Positions 30,248 through 38,917 of a stretch of 64,000 nt of DNA are shown here, one piece after another (the stretch's first letter is position 1; each line of letters opens with the position of its first letter). The DNA comes from Nitrosopumilus sp. (GTDB lineage: Archaea > Thermoproteota > Nitrososphaeria > Nitrososphaerales > Nitrosopumilaceae), in NCBI GenBank assembly GCA_965249555.1, contig OZ252243.1:160001-224000 (forward strand), in the 5' to 3' direction. The translations under genes were made by a program, and so were the position numbers. The notes below the pieces were generated by a model. It did no database searches. It was not told the origin of the DNA and worked only from the letters and a program-made list of their open reading frames with translations.

Positions 30248-31721
30248 AGCCCCAACAATTGTAGCAAAACTGTGGAATTTTTGTAACGTACTAAGAGATG
30301 ATGGAGTATCATATGGAGACTATGTTCAGCAATTGACTAATCTGCTATTCTTAAAAATGGCAGACGAGCAAACAAAGCCACCATTTAAGAAAAAATCAAT
30401 AATTCCTGCAAAATATGATTGGACTACTTTAACTGCAAAGAGTGGCAATGATTTGGAGAAACACTACAGACATGTTTTAGAGAATCTGTCTAGCGAAAAA
30501 GGATTGTTGGGAGTAATTTTCAGAAAATCCCAAAATAAAATCCAAGACCCTGCAAAATTAGAACGTTTAATCAAATTGATAGATGGTAATACAAAAGACA
30601 AGGACAAGATTCTTTGGACTGGAATGGACATCGATATCAAGGGAGAAATCTATGAAGGATTGCTTGAGAAAAATGCAGAAGATGTCAAAAGCGGTGCAGG
30701 TCAATACTTTACACCAAGAGCATTGATTTCTGCAATGGTTGATGTAATTGCGCCAAAACCAAAAGAGACAGTCGGAGATCCTGCATGTGGAACTGGTGGA
30801 TTTTTCTTGTCTGCTCATAAATACATTATCAAAAACTTTAACTTGGATCCTGATGAGAAAAATTTCTTAAAGAAAAAAACCTTCAAGGGTTGGGATATTG
30901 TAACTGAAGTGGTAAGATTGTGTGCAATGAGCATGTACCTGCACGGGATTGGGGATAAGGCAAGTCAGATTGTTGCAGGGGATTCATTAATCTCTGATCC
31001 TAGTGATAGGTTTGATATTGTAATGACGAATCCTCCATTTGGGAAAAAATCAAGCAACATTATATTTAATGAGGTAGGAAAGGCAGAACGTGAAACATTA
31101 TCTTATGAGAGAGATGACTTTTGGGCAACATCCTCAAACAAACAATTGAATTTTTTGCAACATGTAAAGACGATTCTTAAAATAAATGGTAGATGTGCTA
31201 TTGTAATTCCTGATAATGTTCTCTTTGAAGGAGGAGCAGGTGAGACCATAAGGAAAAAAATGCTAGAATATCTTAACTGTCACACATTGCTGCGATTACC
31301 AACTGGAATATTTTATGCAGGCGGGGTTAAAGCAAACGTATTGTTCTTTGATAAAAAGCCTGCAAGAACAGATGGCAAGGCATGGACTGAAAAACTGTGG
31401 ATTTATGATTTTAGAACGAACCAACACTTTACACTCAAAGAGAATCAACTATCAAGAAATAATTTAGATGACTTTGTAAAATGCTATAACACAAAAAATA
31501 TTCTAAAAAGAAAAGAAACTGAAGTATTTCATTCATATCAGTATGATGATTTGATAAAAAGAGACAAAGTATCACTGGATATCTTCTGGCTCAAAGATAA
31601 TTCTTTAGAAGACCTGGAGAATTTACCTCTGCCAAAAACATCTGCCAATGAGATTAAGGAAAACTTGAAATCTGCTTTGGAATCTATAAACAAATTAATT
31701 GTAGATCTTGATAAGAAATAA
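30237..31721 (+). CDS. hsdM: Type I R-M N6-adenine methyltransferase
   Basis: GQYFTPR, DPACGTGGF, NPPFG. Confidence 0.97.
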   Translation: MSNEAPTIVAKLWNFCNVLRDDGVSYGDYVQQLTNLLFLKMADEQTKPPFKKKSIIPAKYDWTTLTAKSGNDLEKHYRHVLENLSSEKGLLGVIFRKSQNKIQDPAKLERLIKLIDGNTKDKDKILWTGMDIDIKGEIYEGLLEKNAEDVKSGAGQYFTPRALISAMVDVIAPKPKETVGDPACGTGGFFLSAHKYIIKNFNLDPDEKNFLKKKTFKGWDIVTEVVRLCAMSMYLHGIGDKASQIVAGDSLISDPSDRFDIVMTNPPFGKKSSNIIFNEVGKAERETLSYERDDFWATSSNKQLNFLQHVKTILKINGRCAIVIPDNVLFEGGAGETIRKKMLEYLNCHTLLRLPTGIFYAGGVKANVLFFDKKPARTDGKAWTEKLWIYDFRTNQHFTLKENQLSRNNLDDFVKCYNTKNILKRKETEVFHSYQYDDLIKRDKVSLDIFWLKDNSLEDLENLPLPKTSANEIKENLKSALESINKLIVDLDKK

Positions 31722-32058
31722 TTTCCATCCATGGATGATTCTGCTAAATTATCAATACCTATAACAAATTAGGATTGTTTAGATCTCATAGCTAGACATA
31801 TGATTAAGATGTATGTGAGAACAAAAAAGAGAATTAACATAAAGAGAATGAAAACAATTACAAAAAAAGAGCATAAATTATCATTATAAAATTTACAAAA
31901 AATAAAAAACTTTGAGTTTTTATTCATTATCAAATTTTAGTATCTCTTCCAATGAATCAGATACAGTAAAAAATATTAGTCCACTATCCCATTCCCAATA
32001 AAATATATTCCTGTGACCGTCATCTTCATACGCATAAACTCGTCTTGTGTTTTTTTAA

Positions 32059-32955
32059 CTATGTTTGTCGAGGTAAATGCGTAGAGGTAGTAATAGATAC
32101 AATGAAACTCTCAAATATTTTTGTGTTATCGGGTCCTTGGTTCTTCAAATGTATTATTGAGCGAACATATAATTCCCATACCCAATACCATAATTCAGAA
32201 TGTAAATCAATTAATTCAACATTTAGTTTTAGGATTTCTTTGGCTTCTTTGTGATTTATTACCTTTCCGTGTGATTTGTATGTCTTTCCATCAGATAACC
32301 ACTTTGCAACATTCTCTGCTTGTTTCGGATTTTCTTTTAACATGTATTTTGAGAGCCAATTTTTTGCAAAACATTCTGCATCAGCTATTGCAGAAGTACA
32401 TATAGAAATTATTTCAGGTCGTACTTTTTGTAACATTGATAGATACATGTTTGGAGGATCACCTGCTTTTACGTTCTTTCTTACCATTTCCAATCCGTCA
32501 ATAAAAGAACGTGCAGGTATTAGAGGATCTCTCAGCAATGATATTTGTGGATCAATCGGACCTAATTCTGCAAGATATCCCATCATGATTTTATCCGATC
32601 CAAGGCACATCATTGTTGCTGCACTTTTTGCAAAATTTGGAACAATCACAGTAAAACTTTCAGTGAACCTTTCTCTGCACATAGAAAGTAGTTTTTCTGC
32701 AGCGTTACCACTACCTCCAGAAGAGTTTAAAATCAAAATTCCTTTCTTAGAATCTCCAGTAGAGCGCAATAGATCTTCAAATGGAATTACGTCGTCATTA
32801 TTAATAGCTGCATATGGATGTTCAGGATTTGCAAAATAACATATTACTTTACCGTTTAACTCGTCTTCAATTAATTTGATTAACTTTTTACGAGTTATGT
32901 GATCATTTTCATTTAAAATTGATGTAAAAATTGGATCTGTAATTATGTCTTTCAT
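32059..32955 (-). CDS. SDH-family Clp-fold serine protease
   Basis: LILNSSGG, VPNFAKSAATMMCLGSDKIMMG..AELGPIDPQ, SHGKVI. Confidence 0.9.
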   Translation of the reverse strand: MKDIITDPIFTSILNENDHITRKKLIKLIEDELNGKVICYFANPEHPYAAINNDDVIPFEDLLRSTGDSKKGILILNSSGGSGNAAEKLLSMCRERFTESFTVIVPNFAKSAATMMCLGSDKIMMGYLAELGPIDPQISLLRDPLIPARSFIDGLEMVRKNVKAGDPPNMYLSMLQKVRPEIISICTSAIADAECFAKNWLSKYMLKENPKQAENVAKWLSDGKTYKSHGKVINHKEAKEILKLNVELIDLHSELWYWVWELYVRSIIHLKNQGPDNTKIFESFIVSITTSTHLPRQT

Positions 32956-33101
32956 GTGTTCGAGATAAAATCACATCGGAGATGTATGGGTTTATCTCTT
33001 GTATCCAAGGCATCTAAAATTTGTTGAAGTTCGTCAAGATTATTAGTCTCCTTTTTCCCTTGTCTAATTGTATCTTTTACAAAAGTTTCTAATGACTGCA
33101 T
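32952..33101 (-). CDS. 49-aa protein translationally coupled to the SDH protease
   Basis: MQSLETFVKDTIRQGKKETNNLDELQQILDALD...; its TGA overlaps the protease ATG (ATGA). Confidence 0.55.
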   Translation of the reverse strand: MQSLETFVKDTIRQGKKETNNLDELQQILDALDTRDKPIHLRCDFISNT

Positions 33102-33325
33102 GTTATAGTTATGTTAAACACCTAAATAAATAAATTTCCCAGTCCAAAATTTTTATGTTAGATCTATTACTTAGGCTCTCCATCTTTCAAGATATATAAC
33201 TATATGTGAATACCAAAAGAAGGAATTCAGATAGCATAGGAAATGAACCCAGGTCCAGGAGTCGTAATCCATCGTCCTCAAAGAAAAAGCCAAAGAAACA
33301 GATTAGGGCAAAAAAAGACAAGTGC

Positions 33326-34321
33326 ATGTATGTTGGCATTGACTTGCACAAGGAATTTCTTCAAGTAGCAACAATGGATAATGACGGAAAGATATTACAA
33401 AACATAAAAGTTGAGAACACTCATGAATCAATCAGGAAACATTTTACAGACATACCAATTCATGCAAACATTGTCATGGAATCATCATCAGTCTGGTATA
33501 ACACGTATAGATTTCTTACAGATGAATTAGGATACAAAAACGTGACACTCTCAAACCCATATCTTACAAAGGCAATAGCTGCATCAAAAAAGAAGACAGA
33601 CAAGATTGATGCCAAGATACTGGCAGATCTTTTGCGTGGAGGATACATTGCAACATGCTATGTTCCAAACAAAAAGATAGTAAAACATCGCCAGCTGGTA
33701 AGATACAGAAAAAAACTCGTTCAGTGGAGGACCTCTCTCAAAAATTCTGTCCATGGAATTTTGTTACAGGAGGGAATCAAGATACCTGGAGTCACGTTCA
33801 CTGTAACATACAACAGAAGACTCGCCTCCCTAGGTGACTATCGCATAGACGGATTCGTACGACAGATAGGCCATATCAATCTGCAAATTGCAGAGATTAA
33901 TTCAAGAGTGTATGCTGCCGTAAAGACCAGTCCTGATGCCATGATAATAAAATCAATGCCCGGAATTGGCGATTACTCGGCACTAGTTATTGCAGCAGAA
34001 ATTGCAGGTATTAGCAGATTCAATGACTCTCACAAGTTATGCGCATATGCAGGAGTCGTGCCATCAGTTAGAAACTCTGCAGACACGATACACCATGGCA
34101 GCATAACCAAAAGGGGAAGCATGACACTACGATGGGTTCTCATCCAATGCGTCCATACCCATGCACTGCATGACAAGAACAGTGACATTACAAAATTTTA
34201 CAATCGCATTAAAAAGAAGAGAGGCTCATCAAAGGCCGCAGTTGCCGCATCATCAAAGATCCTGCGAGTGATTTACTGGATGCTAAAAGAGAGGAGAGAA
34301 TTTGTACAGAATTACAGTTAG
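33326..34321 (+). CDS. IS110-family DEDD recombinase/transposase
   Basis: YVGIDLHK, VMES, KTDKIDAKILA, PGIG, AYAGVVPSVRNSA; start placed at MYVGID. Confidence 0.95.
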   Translation: MYVGIDLHKEFLQVATMDNDGKILQNIKVENTHESIRKHFTDIPIHANIVMESSSVWYNTYRFLTDELGYKNVTLSNPYLTKAIAASKKKTDKIDAKILADLLRGGYIATCYVPNKKIVKHRQLVRYRKKLVQWRTSLKNSVHGILLQEGIKIPGVTFTVTYNRRLASLGDYRIDGFVRQIGHINLQIAEINSRVYAAVKTSPDAMIIKSMPGIGDYSALVIAAEIAGISRFNDSHKLCAYAGVVPSVRNSADTIHHGSITKRGSMTLRWVLIQCVHTHALHDKNSDITKFYNRIKKKRGSSKAAVAASSKILRVIYWMLKERREFVQNYS

Positions 34322-34490
34322 GACTGCAAGTCGCGTTTTATATGTTGAGGGAAAGCCTCGGTTAATAACTGCGGATAGGTCCTAATAAAGGGATGAAGAT
34401 AGCATTGAGGAAGAAGCCTCGTATGGATACATGTCCGTCATCTTTTGATTGAAAGCATTCCCTAGCGAAAGCTATGCCTTGGGATGCAAA
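34322..34490 (+). ncRNA. Putative bridge/seek RNA of the IS110 element
   Basis: Two GAGG-loop-CCTC hairpins flanked by segments matching target and donor junction; terminal GCATTCCC/GGGATGC stem with GAAA-loop hairpin; conserved in the second copy (~14745..14913, minus). Confidence 0.75.
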
Positions 34491-34563
34491 AAAGTAGGAA
34501 ATGTTTAAAAACAATTCACATGGATACATATAATCTGCAAATAAAATAATTATTTTGTAGAAT

Positions 34564-37308
34564 ATGAATCCCGAAGATAAAGCCCGTCAGAATATTGATA
34601 AAATGCTGATTGATTCAGGCTGGATTATTCAAGACTATGAGAATAGAAATCTCAGTGAAGGATTGGGGGTAGCAGTTAGAGAATACCCATTAAGTAAAGA
34701 TAATGCAGATTATGCCCTTTTCATTGATTCACAGCCAGTTGGGGTGGTTGAGGCAAAAAAATACGGACATACACTTAGCGGTGTAGTTGAGCAATCCGAA
34801 AAATATCTAGATGGATTATATGAAAAATTTGTCAGTACTCCCATAAGACCTCCATTTTCCTATGAAACGACTGGTATTGAGACTAAATTTGCAGACAGGC
34901 GTGATCCTGATCATCGTTCTCGTTATGTCTTTACATTTCATAGACCCGAATTACTACAAGAGTGGTTACAAGAAGACAAGACATTGCGTGCAAGACTAAA
35001 ACAGATTCCCGAATTAAATTTTGAAAAACTTTGGGACTGTCAGACTGAAGCAATCATAAATTTAGAGGACTCACTTTCACAAAACAAACCACGTGCATTA
35101 ATTCAGATGGCAACAGGTTCTGGCAAGACAATCACAGCAGTAACTTCAATTTATCGATTAATTAAATTTGCAAAAGCAAAAAAGATTCTATTTTTAGTTG
35201 ACAGGTCAAATTTGGGTAGACAAGCGTTACGTGAATTCCAACAGTATGAAACACCTGATGACGGTAGAAAATTTACTGACTTGTATAACGTACAACTATT
35301 ACAATCACACACAATTGATCCTGTTCCAAAAGTTGTAATCTCTACAATTCAAAGAATGTTTTCAATTCTAAAAAATAATAAAGATTATGAGGATGAAAAT
35401 GATGAATTTTCATCATTTGAAGATTCACAAGATGCGACTCCAGTTGAAGTACATTACAATGAAAATATACCAATTGGAGAATTTGATTTTATCATAATTG
35501 ATGAATGTCATCGTTCAATCTACAACAAATGGAAGCAGGTATTAGATTACTTTGATTCATTTTTAATTGGATTAACTGCAACCCCTTCAAATGATACTGT
35601 GGGATTTTTCAACAACAATCAGGTAATGAGATACACCCATGAAAGAGCTGTAGTTGATGATGTTAATGTTGGATATCACGTATACAGGATTAAAAACAAA
35701 ATTGGGGAGCAAGGAGGCACTATAGATGCAGGTCAATTTGTTGAAAAAAGAGACAGACTCACGCGGAAATCTGAGCAAGAGTATCTGAATGAAGATCTAA
35801 TTTATACACCAAGTGACCTTGATAGGTCAGTAGTAGCAAAAGATAGCATCAGACTAATTATTAGAACATTCAAGGAACGGTTATCTGAAATTTTTCCAAA
35901 CAGGACTAATGTTCCTAAAACCCTGATTTTTGCAAAAGACGACGCTCATGCAGAAGATATTACAGAAATTGTAAGAGAGGAATTTGGACTAGGAAATGAA
36001 TTTTGCAAAAAAATCACTTATCGTACAAAAGAAAAACCAGAGGAATTAATTACCTCGTTTAGAAATTCACCAATGCCCAGAATTGCAGTAACAGTTGACA
36101 TGATTGCAACTGGAACTGACATCAAACCATTAGAATGCATTATTTTTATGCGAGATGTCAAAACAAAGAATTACTTTGATCAAATGAAAGGAAGAGGGAC
36201 CCGAAAGATAGCAGATGATGATTTGATTGCAGTTACTCCTGATGCCAAAGCCAAAACTCATTTTGTCATAGTTGATGCGGTAGGCGTTTGTGAGCATACA
36301 ATGACTGACACTCACTCTTTATCTAAAAAACCAGGTGTTTCTTTCAAAGTATTGCTGGATAAAGCAACTGACAAAAATGCAGATGCAGACGATGTTGAGA
36401 GTTTGATTTACCGATTGTCCAGACTGAACGGAAAATTAAGTCAGGACGATAAAGATGAAATAAGCAATGCAAACAACGGAAAAACTCTGACAGATATTGA
36501 AAAAACATTGCTTGACGGAATTGACGCAGACAAGACACTAGAAAAAGCAAAAGAGCAGTGTCATACAGAAGAGCCAACAAATGAGCAGCTTAGAACTGTA
36601 TCAAAACAGATGATTGATGAAGCATGCAAGGTATTTGATTCGGCAAAACTACGAAAGACAATCCTTGACATCAAAAGCAAAAATGAGCAAATCATTGATG
36701 ATGTATCCATTGACGAATTGCTAGAAGCAGGATTTGTAGATAAAGTACAGAATATTGATAAAAAGACAGTTGATAACTGGATTGACTTTGTAGAGAAAAA
36801 TAAGGATCGAATTATAGCACTTGACATCATCTACTCCAAACCATATAGGATGAGAGAAATCACATTTGCAGATATTCAGAATCTGGCCAGTGCAATTGAG
36901 AAACCCCCGTATAATTTGACTCCTGAAATGCTTTGGAATGCATATCAGAGACTGGATAAATCAAAGGTGAAAAACAATCCCGCCAAAATGCTGACTGATT
37001 TGATATCTATTGTACGATATTCTGCAGGAAAAGAAGAATCATTATTGCCGTTTTCAGAAATAATTACAGAGAAATTTGAAAAATGGTTAACTGCCCAAGA
37101 ATCTTCTGGACGAAATTTTACATCAGAGCAAAAAGAATGGCTTGTAATGATTAAAAATACTATTGCAAGTTCTGTCTCAATTGGTATTGATGCACTAGAC
37201 GATGTGCCATTTAATCAGAAAGGTGGCAGAGTAAAGTTTTATGAAATATTTGGAGATGACTATGAAAAGATATTAGAGGATCTGCATGAGGCTCTGATTA
37301 ACCAATAA
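34564..37308 (+). CDS. hsdR: Type I R-M restriction subunit
   Basis: ADY...VVEAKK nuclease motif, MATGSGKT, DECH, QMKGRGTR. Confidence 0.97.
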   Translation: MNPEDKARQNIDKMLIDSGWIIQDYENRNLSEGLGVAVREYPLSKDNADYALFIDSQPVGVVEAKKYGHTLSGVVEQSEKYLDGLYEKFVSTPIRPPFSYETTGIETKFADRRDPDHRSRYVFTFHRPELLQEWLQEDKTLRARLKQIPELNFEKLWDCQTEAIINLEDSLSQNKPRALIQMATGSGKTITAVTSIYRLIKFAKAKKILFLVDRSNLGRQALREFQQYETPDDGRKFTDLYNVQLLQSHTIDPVPKVVISTIQRMFSILKNNKDYEDENDEFSSFEDSQDATPVEVHYNENIPIGEFDFIIIDECHRSIYNKWKQVLDYFDSFLIGLTATPSNDTVGFFNNNQVMRYTHERAVVDDVNVGYHVYRIKNKIGEQGGTIDAGQFVEKRDRLTRKSEQEYLNEDLIYTPSDLDRSVVAKDSIRLIIRTFKERLSEIFPNRTNVPKTLIFAKDDAHAEDITEIVREEFGLGNEFCKKITYRTKEKPEELITSFRNSPMPRIAVTVDMIATGTDIKPLECIIFMRDVKTKNYFDQMKGRGTRKIADDDLIAVTPDAKAKTHFVIVDAVGVCEHTMTDTHSLSKKPGVSFKVLLDKATDKNADADDVESLIYRLSRLNGKLSQDDKDEISNANNGKTLTDIEKTLLDGIDADKTLEKAKEQCHTEEPTNEQLRTVSKQMIDEACKVFDSAKLRKTILDIKSKNEQIIDDVSIDELLEAGFVDKVQNIDKKTVDNWIDFVEKNKDRIIALDIIYSKPYRMREITFADIQNLASAIEKPPYNLTPEMLWNAYQRLDKSKVKNNPAKMLTDLISIVRYSAGKEESLLPFSEIITEKFEKWLTAQESSGRNFTSEQKEWLVMIKNTIASSVSIGIDALDDVPFNQKGGRVKFYEIFGDDYEKILEDLHEALINQ

Positions 37309-37415
37309 ATGGATTTATTTTAGGAAAAAATAATGAATTACTCAAATTGCATAAAAACAACAGTTGATGTAAACGGTATTGTGACTGTTGATGATAACAA
37401 ATGACTTGCAATAAT

Positions 37416-38786
37416 CTAAAATGCACATAACAAAGAAAGTATTATAATTTTATGAGTTATTTTATGTATGGCAAATGTTGCATTTGCATCAATCCTACCA
37501 AAGATTGATTCAATTTTTGAGACGATTCTTTTTTGTTCGGGAAGAGGGGCTATGGGTAACTGGAATTTTTTTATATCGTATTGAAATAAATGTGGTATGG
37601 ACATTCCTTTTATTTTTTTTCTTACAATTTTTTGAAAAAAAGGTGATTTAAAATAATAAAATAAACATCTTGGAAAAATAGATTCAACCGGACGTACAAC
37701 TAGAATGGATGAGTTTACGGTAGTAGGTTGTGCTATATTATCTACATAACCAATTTTTCCTATTGTGCCGTCCTTTGTGATTAAGATATCTTTTTTATAA
37801 AGTTTAATTTCTGGAGATTCATCATACCTGAATTTGGAAAGATGATCCATTACGTTTTTGTAATTTATTGATCCATTTTCATTAATATCTTTAACAGCTA
37901 ACAATAAAGGACCTTCATCAGTATATTCATTTCGTTTTAATCCTCTCCAACCAATTCTAGCGTTAATGTTTATGTAATCACTTAATATTATTGTTATCCA
38001 TCCCTTTGGAAGATTATCTTTCTCGAAAACCAATTCTTTTGTAGAATCATTGTGGATCTTTTTCAAAAGAACTTCAGCTGGTTCATCATTAGGATCTTGC
38101 GATACTAGTTTTCCCTCAAAGACTTGCTTTAACACAGCTTGTCTAGATTGCTTCAACATTTTTCTGACATTTTCTAACTTTTTTCTACTTGCATCAATCT
38201 GTGTGAAGATTGATTCAATTTTTGAGACGATGCGTTTTTGTTCGGAAAGTGAAGGTAAAGGGATTTTTATTTTAGATAATTTATTAGCGTTAAAATTTGG
38301 TTGTGCAATCCCTATATTTCCTGAATGGATTTGTTGCCAATAAAGATCTGATTTAAAAAAATGGCTCACATAATTTGCATATGTGTTATTAGATAACACA
38401 ATTCTTACTAAATAAGATGCAAAAACTGCATTAGGGGGATTCTTGATTAGAAAACTTTTTCCTACAGTAGCACCAGTTCTTGCAAATACTAAATTATTTG
38501 CTTCTAATAGAAAAGCAGATATTTTCTTTGTAGGTATCTGACAATATGGAACCTTATCCCAGTTCACAGTATTATTTTGTATGTCTGTTATTCGTAAATA
38601 TTTAGGACCAATGTTTGCTTTCGTTGATTTTGCTGTATATCCATAATGAATTTTTATGGATAATTTATCAATAATTGTAATGATCCATCCTTTTGGAAGA
38701 TTATCTTTTTCAAAAACCAATTCTTTTGTGGAATCCTTGAGATATACATCTGGCAAGTTCTGGAACCTCTGATACAAACACCCCAT
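37416..38786 (-). CDS. hsdS: Second, inverted hsdS cassette (two different TRDs, conserved C-terminus missing, uncertain start)
   Basis: Two TRDs and conserved spacer; HsdS similarity stops right after SKIESIFGRIDA; 5' end fused to a hicB fragment. Confidence 0.9.
   Translation of the reverse strand: MGCLYQRFQNLPDVYLKDSTKELVFEKDNLPKGWIITIIDKLSIKIHYGYTAKSTKANIGPKYLRITDIQNNTVNWDKVPYCQIPTKKISAFLLEANNLVFARTGATVGKSFLIKNPPNAVFASYLVRIVLSNNTYANYVSHFFKSDLYWQQIHSGNIGIAQPNFNANKLSKIKIPLPSLSEQKRIVSKIESIFTQIDASRKKLENVRKMLKQSRQAVLKQVFEGKLVSQDPNDEPAEVLLKKIHNDSTKELVFEKDNLPKGWITIILSDYININARIGWRGLKRNEYTDEGPLLLAVKDINENGSINYKNVMDHLSKFRYDESPEIKLYKKDILITKDGTIGKIGYVDNIAQPTTVNSSILVVRPVESIFPRCLFYYFKSPFFQKIVRKKIKGMSIPHLFQYDIKKFQLPIAPLPEQKRIVSKIESIFGRIDANATFAIHKITHKIIILSLLCAF
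37485..37512 (-). repeat. Putative recombination site B2 (inverted partner of B1)
   Basis: Minus strand TGAATCAATCT-TTGGTA-GGATTGATGCA, identical to B1. Confidence 0.7.
38190..38217 (-). repeat. Putative recombination site A2 (inverted partner of A1)
   Basis: Minus strand TGAATCAATCT-TCACAC-AGATTGATGCA, 27/28 identical to A1. Confidence 0.75.
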
Positions 38787-38895
38787 CTTCGTCTTTTTTG
38801 ATGAATATTCTAAACTTCATATGATTTATTAAATTATTTAGTATAAAAATCTAAATTATGTGAAATCATGACAAGTTTTACAAAATATGATTTAG
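38710..38895 (-). pseudogene. hicB 5' fragment with its promoter region, inverted copy of ~27933..28110
   Basis: MKFRIFIKKDEDGVFVSEVPELARCISQG, then switches to hsdS sequence; upstream gatttttatactaaa conserved. Confidence 0.85.
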
Positions 38896-38917
38896 ACTCA
38901 AATTTCTAGTTTATAAT

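Larger units (their letters stand above)
33201..34530 (+). mobile_element. Complete IS110-superfamily (IS1111-type) element
   Basis: Sub-terminal inverted repeats ATGTGAAT (33204-33211) and ATTCACAT (34514-34521), TA core at both ends, long 3' non-coding end. Confidence 0.9.

Noticed and set aside
33206-33325. 40-aa basic N-terminal extension on the IS110 ORF
   Set aside because: The GTG start lies inside the sub-terminal inverted repeat; family similarity begins at MYVGID (33326)
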